A stretch of 64,000 nt of DNA, taken from NCBI GenBank assembly GCA_006226545.1, contig SBGR01000010.1, forward strand, positions 22,237 through 86,236, in the 5' to 3' direction. Position numbers and translations under genes: made by a program. Of the stretch, positions 28,589 to 37,882 are shown in pieces. Each line of letters starts with the position of its first letter. Position 1 is the stretch's first letter. The notes beneath the pieces were generated by a model, which had not been told where the DNA came from, did not search any database, and worked only from the letters and a program-made list of their open reading frames with translations. Source of the DNA: Bacteroidota bacterium. GTDB taxonomy: Bacteria; Bacteroidota; Bacteroidia; UBA8524.

Positions 28589-29713
28589 TTACCAAGTTTT
28601 CTTCTTCTGACGGCTAAACAAGGTGGCGAAACCGGCAATGAAGTAATAGAAGAAGTACAGTAAATCTAGAAAAGGTAAGAAGTACAAAGGCTGTAGGTCT
28701 TTCGTCTTGTGCATGATTGGTCCGTAGATGGACAATTGCAGTATAAGCCTGAATCCGTAAATAGCGAGTGGGATATAGTATACCGGCCAGTAGATTATGC
28801 TTAAAGCCAATGCCGGGTAGAATAGTAAATGTGATACATTCAGCAAAGCCAGTTTCCATTTGCTTTTAGCAGAGTAGAATTTGCCTGTGTTCAGGTGGCG
28901 TCTTTTCTGTTGGTACCAAGCGCCAAAGCTGTCTTTAGGTTTGGAGTAAATGAAGCTGTCCGGATCCAGGTTAACGGTTACGTTTGAAGAGGTGGCCGTT
29001 TCATTTACAAACAGATCATCGTCGCCAGAGATAATGTGATTATGTGAGGCAAAACCTTTTACGCTGAAGAACAGACTTTTTCTGTAGGCTAGGTTTCTGC
29101 CTACGCCCATATAGGTCTGCTTGGCTAAAGCGAAAGACATATACTGCAAAGCGGTATAAAAAGTTTCAAAACGAATAAAGAGGTTGAGTAGTCCACTTTT
29201 CTTTTCGTAAGGCGAGTAGCCTAAAACAATGGATTTGGAATCAGTGAAATGAGATTGCATGGAGCTAATCCAATGGCGGTCGGCTGGTTTGCAATCACTA
29301 TCGCTCAACAATACCCATTCATTGCTGGCCGCTTTAATCCCTAGGGTCAATCCGAATTTTTTACCTTTCGGATAACGCTCTTGCTCCACGATTTTCACAA
29401 TCTTGAGGTGCGGGTATTGCAGCTCCATGGTTTCGAGCAGGTCTTGAGAAGAATCCCAAGATCCGTTGTTGACTACAATTACTTCATAGTTAGGGTAATC
29501 CTGCTCTAAGAAATATTGGAGATTGGCTTCCAGATTTTTGTACTCATTGCGGGCTACGATAATAACAGAAACGCCTTCGCCGCCTTTGGCTTTCCCTTTA
29601 CCGGCTTTGAAACGAGCCAAACGGAGAAAGTAAAACAGCAAATAAATCACCTGAAGGAGGGTGGCTAAGCCCAAAACAACGAGGGCAATAAAACCGATTT
29701 GTGCAGGATTCAT
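28589..29713 (-). CDS. Membrane-bound GT2 glycosyltransferase
   Basis: SVIIVARNE; DSD; GDDD; QKRRH; flanking TMs. Start placed after TAATTTTG (29722-29729). Confidence 0.9.
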   Translation of the reverse strand: MNPAQIGFIALVVLGLATLLQVIYLLFYFLRLARFKAGKGKAKGGEGVSVIIVARNEYKNLEANLQYFLEQDYPNYEVIVVNNGSWDSSQDLLETMELQYPHLKIVKIVEQERYPKGKKFGLTLGIKAASNEWVLLSDSDCKPADRHWISSMQSHFTDSKSIVLGYSPYEKKSGLLNLFIRFETFYTALQYMSFALAKQTYMGVGRNLAYRKSLFFSVKGFASHNHIISGDDDLFVNETATSSNVTVNLDPDSFIYSKPKDSFGAWYQQKRRHLNTGKFYSAKSKWKLALLNVSHLLFYPALALSIIYWPVYYIPLAIYGFRLILQLSIYGPIMHKTKDLQPLYFLPFLDLLYFFYYFIAGFATLFSRQKKKTW

Positions 29714-29951
29714 CAACGAAGCAAAATTATTCGGCATTTGCACAAGTCCACGCTTTCTCTTGCTGATTCTTTCCACAACTTGAGGAAAACAAGGCCTTAG
29801 AAGTAGCTTAATATTGGCGCTTTACCGTTATTTACCTAGTGATGGGCTTTTGAAAATTGAGAAATAACTATAAATCACGTCTAAAGGCTTGCATGCTTGA
29901 AATAGTTTCGGAATCTTTGCATTCGATAATTTTGACGCAGGGAAGCGCTCT

Positions 29952-30350
29952 ATGAAATACTTACTAATCCTCATGTTTGCCGTGATTGGTTTTGCCTTCA
30001 CGGGTCCGGTTGAAATTCGCAACCAAGGAATGGCTTCAAGCTATCCGGCTACGGCTGAAGGTCAGCTTACCGCCAGTGGTGAATTATACAGTGCTAGCGA
30101 ATTGACCGCTTGCCATGCAAGTTTGCCTTTCGGTACCATGGTTCGCGTTACCAATATTAGAACCAATGAAAGCGTTGAAGTTCGTATCAACGATCGTTTC
30201 CAATTTAAAACAAACCGCGTAATTGATCTTTCAGCAGCAGCAGCCAAGAAGATTCATTTATTCAATAATGTGGCTCCTTTGGTGAGTATGGAAGTGATTG
30301 AAATTCCAAAAGCGGAAGGCGAGACCGCCACGCCGTCATCAGAAGGTTAA
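29952..30350 (+). CDS. rlpA: RlpA-family double-psi beta-barrel lytic transglycosylase (no SPOR domain)
   Basis: TASGE..LTACHxSLPFGT..VRINDR..IDLS. Confidence 0.88.
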   Translation: MKYLLILMFAVIGFAFTGPVEIRNQGMASSYPATAEGQLTASGELYSASELTACHASLPFGTMVRVTNIRTNESVEVRINDRFQFKTNRVIDLSAAAAKKIHLFNNVAPLVSMEVIEIPKAEGETATPSSEG

Positions 30351-30381
30351 ACCTTTAGCTTAGAAATACATCGGAGTTTGT

Positions 30382-31017
30382 ATGAACTCAAGAACCTTAT
30401 ACAGCCTGCTAGTTCTAGTGGGCTTTTTTATTGTCGCATTTCCTGTAAAAGCTCAGGATTCTACCTTCATCAAGGTTCATTTTTTATACGGCTCCGTACC
30501 TGTTGATTCGTTTAAAGAGGAAGAACCCGAATGGTTTGGTGGCTTATTGGGCGGACATGTAGGAATTGAAATCGATACCAACAGAGTATTGCATTTTGTG
30601 CCTCAGGGCGGACTTCATATCATCGGACGAGTTAAAAAGAACTTCAAAAGTCATTTTGCGCAAAGCGATACGACATCATTCTGGGGTATTTTCGGTACAC
30701 CAGCTGATTCGGTTAAAAGGTTGAGCGTGGAGATGAAAGTTAGTGCCAAACAGAAGCATGATTTAGACAGCATAGCCATTGCCTATCGATCGAAGGTGCC
30801 TTACGATTATGCTTTTTTTGGGATGCGATGTGCATCGGCAACCTACGATGTGCTTTCGGCTGCCGGAATCTTGAAATACTACCATCCCAAAGTCAATTAT
30901 CCGCAGCATTTTTATCCGGCCTTGTTTCGAAAGAAACTGCTGGCAAGGGCTGAAGATCATCAGTGGGACTTGTACAGACGAGAAGGTACTTACCGCAGGA
31001 AATGGGAGGAAGACTAG
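30382..31017 (+). CDS. Exported hypothetical protein, possibly permuted papain-like
   Basis: Signal peptide; GHVGI precedes YDYAFFGMRCAS. Confidence 0.6.
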   Translation: MNSRTLYSLLVLVGFFIVAFPVKAQDSTFIKVHFLYGSVPVDSFKEEEPEWFGGLLGGHVGIEIDTNRVLHFVPQGGLHIIGRVKKNFKSHFAQSDTTSFWGIFGTPADSVKRLSVEMKVSAKQKHDLDSIAIAYRSKVPYDYAFFGMRCASATYDVLSAAGILKYYHPKVNYPQHFYPALFRKKLLARAEDHQWDLYRREGTYRRKWEED

Positions 31018-32108
31018 GTTTTTTCGTATTGTTTTCCGGGTAAGCTGCGTATCAATCCTTTCATCTCCAATTCCAATAAATTCAAGGCAACTTCACCTGC
31101 GCTAAGTTGGGCATCCATGTTCAATGAATCGATGTCCCAATTGCGTTGTTGATCAAATAGCGAAAGCAAGGCAAGCTCTCCTTGACTCAATTCAAGTGGA
31201 AGAATGGTTTGTTTCAATAGGTTTTTATCTTGGTCCCAACCCATGAAATAGGCGAGGTCTGCGGCGTTTTCTATAAGACCCGCCTTCTGTGTTTTAATGA
31301 GGAAATGGGTTCCTTCCGAGCTGGCTTTGCCTACTTCTCCGGGGTAGGCATATACATCGCGGTTATAAGAAAAGGCGATGTCTGCTGTAATCATCGCCCC
31401 GCCTTTTTTTGCCGATTCTACTACAATAAGAGCATCACAGAGACCGGCTACAATGCGGTTTCGACTGGGGAAATTCTCTTTGTCTGGTTTAGTGCCGGTG
31501 AAGAACTCGGTTAGCAAGCCTCCGTTCAGCTCCATCTCTTTGACGGTCGATTTATGTTCTCCCGGATAGATGCGGTCTAGGCCATGCGCCACCACGCCTA
31601 TATTACTAATGTGATGTTTAACTGCTGAGCGATGGGCTTGGATATCAATTCCAAAAGCGAGTCCGCTGATGATTTGTACACCGTAAGCTTCGATGTCTTC
31701 CACCAAATGCTTCACGCAGTCTTTGCCGTATTCTGTGCATTTTCTTGTCCCCACAATGCCAATGGTTCGTGGTGGATTGAGGTTTGCATTACCTCTAAAA
31801 AACAAAAGGAGCGGAGCATCCGCTAATCGTTTCAGACGTCGGGGATAAGCCTCATCTGTATAGCGTAATAACTCCACTCCATTTCGTAACACATACTCCA
31901 GTTCGCGCTCCGCACGACTGAAATCCTTAAACTGTAGCACTTGTTCGCTGAGCTTCGGTCCGATACCGGGAATCTTGCTGAGCTCCTTTTGTTTCGCCTT
32001 AAAGACGGCGCTCGCAGATCCACAATACGCGATTAAATTACGCGCACCCACAGGCCCGATTTGCGGCACCAAACTCAGACTTAACAAATACAACAATTCG
32101 TCATCCAT
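31014..32108 (-). CDS. dprA: DNA-processing protein DprA
   Basis: IVGTR; SGLAFGID; FPSRNRIVAG; VESAKKGG; winged-helix tail. Confidence 0.95.
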   Translation of the reverse strand: MDDELLYLLSLSLVPQIGPVGARNLIAYCGSASAVFKAKQKELSKIPGIGPKLSEQVLQFKDFSRAERELEYVLRNGVELLRYTDEAYPRRLKRLADAPLLLFFRGNANLNPPRTIGIVGTRKCTEYGKDCVKHLVEDIEAYGVQIISGLAFGIDIQAHRSAVKHHISNIGVVAHGLDRIYPGEHKSTVKEMELNGGLLTEFFTGTKPDKENFPSRNRIVAGLCDALIVVESAKKGGAMITADIAFSYNRDVYAYPGEVGKASSEGTHFLIKTQKAGLIENAADLAYFMGWDQDKNLLKQTILPLELSQGELALLSLFDQQRNWDIDSLNMDAQLSAGEVALNLLELEMKGLIRSLPGKQYEKT

Positions 32109-32127
32109 GGCCGGCAAATTAGGACAT

Positions 32128-32160
32128 AAAAAAAGGGCCTGAAATAGCTCAGACCCTTTC
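32128..32160 (-). terminator. Intrinsic terminator after the T9SS cargo gene
   Basis: Minus strand GAAAGGGTCTGAG-CTA-TTTCAGGCCCTTTTTT. This also argues against the ORF-track dprA start at 32162. Confidence 0.75.
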
Positions 32161-32182
32161 AAACAATACGTTTACGGCAATC

Positions 32183-33994
32183 TTACGGTTGTACTACAAA
32201 CTGACGTTGTACCCGAGTACTTTGCCCTTCTATCGCTAAAATATAGCTTCCTGCAAGTAGCATGGAACTGTTAAACTTGAATTGATTTTTACCCGCCTTT
32301 ACTCGGTCTTCTAATAAGGTGGTCACCAACTTACCACTCATATCATATACCTTAAAACTCAGGTGTTCACGAGCAGGTAATTCAAATACCAATTGGAAAT
32401 AGTTAGCACTCGGATTCGGGAATAGTGATAGCTCGCTTATGGCTTCTGTTTGAACGCTCAGTTGAGGATCATTGTTTACAATCTTGGCGATGGTAGTTCT
32501 GTTGATGCGGTCGCCATAGCTGCCGGCCAACCAAAAGGTATTGTGGGTATTGTAGGCTTTCTGAATTCCGGTATAGTCGCCCCATCTTTCCAGGCTATCT
32601 AAGAGCACATCAACATCTCTTAAACCCGACTTTACCCGAGTGAGTTGAGAGAAAATGCCCGAATAGTTCATGTAGATCACCGAAGTGCCCGGGAAGGTAT
32701 TTGGCGAAACGTGCGAAAAGGTCAGAATCACGCTGTGGTCGTTGGTGGCGCCGCTGCCGGCATAGGCAATGTCCGGATAACCAAGGTCTAAGGTATCGTA
32801 ACTTAAAACCTGCAGATTCGCCGCTGCATTGGCATTTGGATCAACTACCCCGTAGTAGATACCGGCTGCATTTGAATTCATGTCGCGGGTATTGCCGGCA
32901 AAATGAATCAAGCCGTTTTGGTGCATGGCAGTAAGCACGCGCGCATCATTGGTTTGCATTTTCTGTCCGTCGGGTTGAGGTGCAGAAGGGGGCAAGCCAT
33001 AGCTCTTATTGGTTTTGAATAGTTTGGTTTGCAAAGTGGCATTGCCGTCTTTAACCGATCCTTTGATGGTATGCACAAAAAGGCTGTCGTTCTGAATATC
33101 GCCGGGTCTAACAGATAAGAAATAAGTCTCCGGACCGCTTGGTTTCATGCCGCCTTGCGAAGGACAGATGCTCCAAATTGGTTTGCCGTCGTATTTAATA
33201 TCGCTCCAAAGGTTATGGTCTAGTGAATCGCCTTCATAGCCGCTCGCTAAGTCAATTTGCCAAATGATGGACTGCCTGAATCCGTCTTGCCAGCCTTTGT
33301 CGTCTTCCAAAAGATTAAGGGTCAAGAATAAGTCTTGATCAGAGATGCTGATGATAGGATAATCAGACCAGCTGGTATCACTAAAAGGATTTCCTGGCAG
33401 CAGGTAGCAGTTCCAATCGCCGGTAGGGTCATTGGTTTGCGAAAAGCAGATCACCGGATTATTGGTGGTGCTTTCATTGCCGTTTAAGAAAACCACGATA
33501 TAACGATCGTGGATTGGATCGTATAAGGTACGCGGGTCGAAGGCTCTGTTCAAGGATCCCACTGAATTAGCGAAGAATGCCAAGCTGCGCGAAAGCAAGG
33601 TCGCTCCGTTGGAGTCGATCATGCGTAAGCTGCTGTTCAGAACACTGATGATTTTACCATCATTTCCAATGCACATGTCATTGTCGTTTGGTGTCCCACC
33701 TCCGGTATTGCCTTGAAACTCCAAGGCTACTTCCGGCGCTGCGCCTTGTGCTTTGTATTGACGATTGCCTGTGTTGTGTCTAGGCAATGCATCTACGTAT
33801 GCTTTGTTCTTTTTGTAGTCGCCTCCCGGAGAAGGCATGGCTTGTATGGTTAAGATTTGAGGGTCGTAATCCGGTGCGTCTTCGCTCAAATTAACCACCT
33901 TCTGAATAGGAGTCTTAGAACGGACAGGTGCATTCTGAGCTCGTGTTGCCAAGCAGGCTGCAACCAATCCAAGTGAAAGTAAAACTTTACGCAT
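32183..33994 (-). CDS. T9SS type A CTD secreted protein (RWGDY-motif family)
   Basis: Signal peptide; DPRTLYD and RWGDY motifs; C-terminal LFPNPS...YDMSGK...GSYIL sorting domain. Confidence 0.8.
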   Translation of the reverse strand: MRKVLLSLGLVAACLATRAQNAPVRSKTPIQKVVNLSEDAPDYDPQILTIQAMPSPGGDYKKNKAYVDALPRHNTGNRQYKAQGAAPEVALEFQGNTGGGTPNDNDMCIGNDGKIISVLNSSLRMIDSNGATLLSRSLAFFANSVGSLNRAFDPRTLYDPIHDRYIVVFLNGNESTTNNPVICFSQTNDPTGDWNCYLLPGNPFSDTSWSDYPIISISDQDLFLTLNLLEDDKGWQDGFRQSIIWQIDLASGYEGDSLDHNLWSDIKYDGKPIWSICPSQGGMKPSGPETYFLSVRPGDIQNDSLFVHTIKGSVKDGNATLQTKLFKTNKSYGLPPSAPQPDGQKMQTNDARVLTAMHQNGLIHFAGNTRDMNSNAAGIYYGVVDPNANAAANLQVLSYDTLDLGYPDIAYAGSGATNDHSVILTFSHVSPNTFPGTSVIYMNYSGIFSQLTRVKSGLRDVDVLLDSLERWGDYTGIQKAYNTHNTFWLAGSYGDRINRTTIAKIVNNDPQLSVQTEAISELSLFPNPSANYFQLVFELPAREHLSFKVYDMSGKLVTTLLEDRVKAGKNQFKFNSSMLLAGSYILAIEGQSTRVQRQFVVQP

Positions 33995-34073
33995 AAGGCA
34001 AATATACATTTTTAGTGAAGTGGATTTGGCCGATTTTCTTCGGCCCTCTCGGCCTATTTGCTACCTTTGTGGC

Positions 34074-35309
34074 ATGCATACCACCACAGGAACATCACAG
34101 TACTTTATCGATTTAGAGCATGAGTTTGGCGCTTTCAATTACCATCCTCTGCCGGTTGTATTAAATAAAGGAGAGGGTGTTTTTGTTTGGGATGTGGAAG
34201 GCAAAAGGTATTACGATTTCCTTTCGGCTTACAGCGCCGTTAACCAAGGACATTGCCATCCGAAAATCATTCAAGCTTTAATCGACCAGGCTTCTGTGCT
34301 CACCTTGACTTCTCGCGCATTTCATAACGACGTATTGGGAGAGTATGAAAAATACATGTGTGAATACTTCGGCTACGAACGCGTTCTGCCCATGAATACC
34401 GGTGTAGAAGGAGGAGAGACTGCCGTTAAGCTTGCGCGTCGGTGGGGTTATGAGAAAAAAGGTATTCCGGCCAACCAAGCACGAATCCTTTTTGTTGAAG
34501 GCAATTTCTGGGGTAGAACTTTGGGCGCCATTTCGGCCAGCACTGATCCGGATAGCCGTGTCAACTTTGGTCCGTTTATGCCGGGTTACGACCTGATTCC
34601 TTACAATGATTTATCGGCTCTTGAAGAAGCACTGAAAGATCCCAATGTAGCCGGATTTATGTTTGAGCCAATTCAAGGAGAAGCCGGTGTGGTAGTGCCA
34701 CACGAAGGTTACCTAAAAGGCGTTCGGGAATTATGCAGCAAATACAATGTCCTGATGATCGCAGATGAGGTGCAAACCGGTATCGCTAGAACAGGAAAAT
34801 TGGTTGCTTGCGATTGGGAAGGGGTTAAACCGGATATTCTCATCTTGGGCAAAGCCTTATCAGGCGGTGTTTTTCCGGTATCGGCGGTATTGAGTAGCGA
34901 TGAAGTGATGCTCACCATTCAACCGGGTCAACACGGTTCTACCTTTGGTGGAAATCCATTGGCTTGTAAAGTTGCCATGGCTGCCCTGGATGTAGTGAAA
35001 GAAGAAGCTTTGGCTGAAAAAGCTGATCGCTTAGGGCAAATCTTCCGCGAACGTATGCAACAACTTGCCGATAAATCACCATTGGTGGAGTTGGTTAGAG
35101 GCCGAGGCTTATTAAACGCCATCGTAATCAAACCGTTTGGTGAAGGCAAAAGCGCTTGGGATGTTTGTTTGCTGTTGAAAGAAAACGGACTCCTCGCTAA
35201 ACAAACCCACGGTGATATCATCCGCTTTGCGCCACCTTTGGTTATCACAGAAGCTCAGCTACACGAATGCTGCGATATCATCGAGCAGACTATTCTCAAG
35301 CTTGCCTGA
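34074..35309 (+). CDS. rocD: Ornithine--oxo-acid aminotransferase
   Basis: NYHPLP; [12 protein letters not shown]; NFWGRT; EPIQGEAG; GKALSGG. Confidence 0.95.
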   Translation: MHTTTGTSQYFIDLEHEFGAFNYHPLPVVLNKGEGVFVWDVEGKRYYDFLSAYSAVNQGHCHPKIIQALIDQASVLTLTSRAFHNDVLGEYEKYMCEYFGYERVLPMNTGVEGGETAVKLARRWGYEKKGIPANQARILFVEGNFWGRTLGAISASTDPDSRVNFGPFMPGYDLIPYNDLSALEEALKDPNVAGFMFEPIQGEAGVVVPHEGYLKGVRELCSKYNVLMIADEVQTGIARTGKLVACDWEGVKPDILILGKALSGGVFPVSAVLSSDEVMLTIQPGQHGSTFGGNPLACKVAMAALDVVKEEALAEKADRLGQIFRERMQQLADKSPLVELVRGRGLLNAIVIKPFGEGKSAWDVCLLLKENGLLAKQTHGDIIRFAPPLVITEAQLHECCDIIEQTILKLA

Positions 35310-35462
35310 GAAATATTTACTAGTTAAGAAGCAAGTTCCAAGAGTTTCTGTGTTCTTAAAGAATCAGAGTTTGACAATCCTTTAATAGGGGAGCAAGATT
35401 TTGAGCGCCTACTTAATGCACTGTTTTCAAGCTCTAGCCCCGCGCCCTAGACTCTTTGCTTT

Positions 35463-36704
35463 TTAGTGTCCTTTGATAATTACCTTATCGATCCACTCGG
35501 AACGGAAAGCGTAAGGAATCCAATTGAGCGATGGAATTTCTTTGGTGATGATGAGGTTGGCGATTTTGCCTTTGCTGATGCTGCCCAATTCTTCCTCCAT
35601 ATTTAAGGCGTAGGCTGCGTTGAGTGTAGCGGCATTAAAGGCCTCTTCCGGTAAAAGCTTCATCTGGATACAGGCCAAACTCACCACAAATCGCATATCA
35701 CCACTTGGAGCAGATCCCGGATTATAATCCGTCGCTAAACAAAGTGGCAAGCCTGCATCGATAATTTGTCGGCCCGGGGTATACGGCATGCGCAAGTAGA
35801 AGGAGCAATTCGGTAGCGCTACCGGCATGGTTTTACTTCCACGCAAGGCTTCAATCTCTGCTTCACCGGTATATTCTAAATGGTCAACGCTAACCGCGCC
35901 CATCTTCACGGCAGCCTGAACGCCGCCGTTGAGGCCCAGCTGGTTTCCGTGGATTTTCCCTTTTAAGCCGTGTTTGTATCCGGCTTCCAAGATGCGTTCG
36001 GTTTCTTCGGGCGAGAAAAAACCTTTTTCGCAGAATACATCGATGTAATCGGCGAGGCCTTCCGCAGCAATCTCGGGTAGCATCTCTTCAATGATTTGTT
36101 GAATATACCCTTCGTGGTTGTCTTTGAATGCCTGTGGGTATGTGTGTGCGCCAAGGAAGGTAGCCTTAATCGGAATGGGAGAGATGTCTTTGAGTCGGCG
36201 AATGACCCGAAGCATTTTTAGCTCATTCTCCAAGTCAAGTCCATAACCGCTTTTAATTTCCAAGGCGCCGGTCCCCATCGCTATTAATTCTTGTACCCGG
36301 TGCAAGGCCGACTTGTACAAATCCTTTTCGCTAGTCAGGGCCATCTTAGCTGCAGAGTTGAGAATCCCTCCTCCGGCAGCTGCAATTTCTTCGTAGCTCT
36401 TGCCCTGAATCTTCATCACAAACTCTTCTTCCCTGGAGGCCGGAAAAACCAAGTGCGTATGTGAATCGACAAATGCCGGAAGAACCATTTTACCCGTCGC
36501 GTCAATAATGCGATCACTATCGTGTGCCGGCGACTGCACATCCTCTTTGGGCATTACACCGAAGTCCTTTATTTTCTGGTCTTCAATCAAAAGCCAAGCG
36601 TTTTCCAAGTAAGGGAAATGAGCCATGTCGGCGCCGGCTTTAAAAGGCTGATTGGTATCGAGAATGCCGTAAAGACGGCTGATATGACGTATGAGGGTGC
36701 GCAT
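35463..36704 (-). CDS. hutI: Imidazolonepropionase
   Basis: DSHTH; GGGI; EIKSGYGL; DHLE; ATDYNPG. Confidence 0.93.
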   Translation of the reverse strand: MRTLIRHISRLYGILDTNQPFKAGADMAHFPYLENAWLLIEDQKIKDFGVMPKEDVQSPAHDSDRIIDATGKMVLPAFVDSHTHLVFPASREEEFVMKIQGKSYEEIAAAGGGILNSAAKMALTSEKDLYKSALHRVQELIAMGTGALEIKSGYGLDLENELKMLRVIRRLKDISPIPIKATFLGAHTYPQAFKDNHEGYIQQIIEEMLPEIAAEGLADYIDVFCEKGFFSPEETERILEAGYKHGLKGKIHGNQLGLNGGVQAAVKMGAVSVDHLEYTGEAEIEALRGSKTMPVALPNCSFYLRMPYTPGRQIIDAGLPLCLATDYNPGSAPSGDMRFVVSLACIQMKLLPEEAFNAATLNAAYALNMEEELGSISKGKIANLIITKEIPSLNWIPYAFRSEWIDKVIIKGH

Positions 36705-36782
36705 CGCTACAAAAATGACCTATTTAGAAGGGAATTGAAAATTTATCCCCTCCAATATGCGGCATTCTGTACCTTCGGATGT

Positions 36783-37292
36783 ATGAATACACTGGATCGA
36801 TTGAAAAAGCCTTTGGTACATGGAAAACAAACCTTTATAGCGAATACAGCCGTGGTGATTGGCGATGTGGAGATGGGCGATAATTGCAGCGTTTGGTTTG
36901 GGGCCGTGATTCGTGGCGACAGTGATATCATCCGTATCGGTAACCGAAGCAATGTGCAAGACAATGCCGTAATTCACTGTGATCCGGGAGCGCCGGCTAT
37001 TATTGGCGACGATTGCGTTGTTGGTCACTCGGCAATTGTACACGGTGCACAGCTGGGAAATGCTGTCTTAGTCGGAATGCACGCTACGGTATTGAATAAT
37101 GCTAAAATTGGAAACAATGTAATCATCGGAGCGAATGCGCTTGTAACCGGAGGTACGGTAATTCCCGATAATTCACTTGTGTTGGGGAGTCCGGCGAAAG
37201 TGGTAAAGACCTTGACTGACGACCAGATTCAGGGAATCTACGAAAATGCCAAAGTCTATGTTGAAAAGGCTGAGGCTTACCTCAGTCTTTAA
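36783..37292 (+). CDS. Gamma carbonic anhydrase-like protein (YrdA/CaiE family)
   Basis: Hexapeptide repeats; RGD; NVQDNAVIH; GHSAIVHG. Confidence 0.9.
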   Translation: MNTLDRLKKPLVHGKQTFIANTAVVIGDVEMGDNCSVWFGAVIRGDSDIIRIGNRSNVQDNAVIHCDPGAPAIIGDDCVVGHSAIVHGAQLGNAVLVGMHATVLNNAKIGNNVIIGANALVTGGTVIPDNSLVLGSPAKVVKTLTDDQIQGIYENAKVYVEKAEAYLSL

Positions 37293-37293
37293 A

Positions 37294-37641
37294 CTAGAGT
37301 AATTCTTTCACCAGTTCGGGCGGACGGCCAATCACCGCTTTGGTGCCTTTTACGACTACCGGTCTTTCCATCAAAATAGGATGATCTACCATGGCCTGAA
37401 TCCAATCTGATTCGCTCAGGTTTTTTCCTTTGAATTCATCCTTGAAGATGCTTTCTCCTTTGCGGATCAATTGCTCAGCCGGAATGCCCAGTTTCGCAAT
37501 CAGATCGGTGAGTTCAGCTTTGTTTAACGGGGTTTTTAAGTATTCAATGATAGTGGGTTCGGTGCCCGAATCTTGAATCAATTGAAGCGTTTGTCTACTT
37601 TTCCCGCAGCGGGGATTATGGTAAATAGTAATCGATGCCAT
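37294..37641 (-). CDS. arsC: ArsC family reductase (glutaredoxin type)
   Basis: YHNPRCGKSR; ERPVV; IGRPPE. Confidence 0.85.
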   Translation of the reverse strand: MASITIYHNPRCGKSRQTLQLIQDSGTEPTIIEYLKTPLNKAELTDLIAKLGIPAEQLIRKGESIFKDEFKGKNLSESDWIQAMVDHPILMERPVVVKGTKAVIGRPPELVKELL

Positions 37642-37741
37642 AGCGCAAAGATAGTCAAGGGCTTTAAGACACTTGAAAGTAAAAATATTGGATTTTGCTT
37701 TGAGGAATGAATCTTGTACCTACATTTGAAGCAGGCAGTCT

Positions 37742-37882
37742 ATGCAAATCCAAATCTCAAATAGCGCCCAAGAAACCAAGAAGTCCGGTAGCCAAGGGAA
37801 AGAAAAAACCCGTGAACAGGCACACCGTGTATCATTAGCACCTGATCAAGATGTGAAGCAGAAATCTGCTGGCAACGATTAG
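37742..37882 (+). CDS. Candidate 46-aa small protein
   Basis: MQIQISNSAQETKKSGSQGKEKTREQAHRVSLAPDQDVKQKSAGND, preceded by TACATTTG at 37721-37728. Confidence 0.4.
   Translation: MQIQISNSAQETKKSGSQGKEKTREQAHRVSLAPDQDVKQKSAGND

Noticed and set aside
29807-29817. CTTAATATTGG shared with 43347-43357
   Set aside because: Short AT-rich match, explainable by chance or as a -7 variant.
35310-35462. Start-less ~40-codon open frame between rocD and hutI, faintly like a four-helix-bundle gene remnant
   Set aside because: No start codon, and the similarity is too weak to support by eye.
34074-36704. rocD and hutI as part of an arginine/histidine catabolic cluster
   Set aside because: Convergent, isolated genes 14 kb from the arg operon, with no other roc or hut genes nearby.
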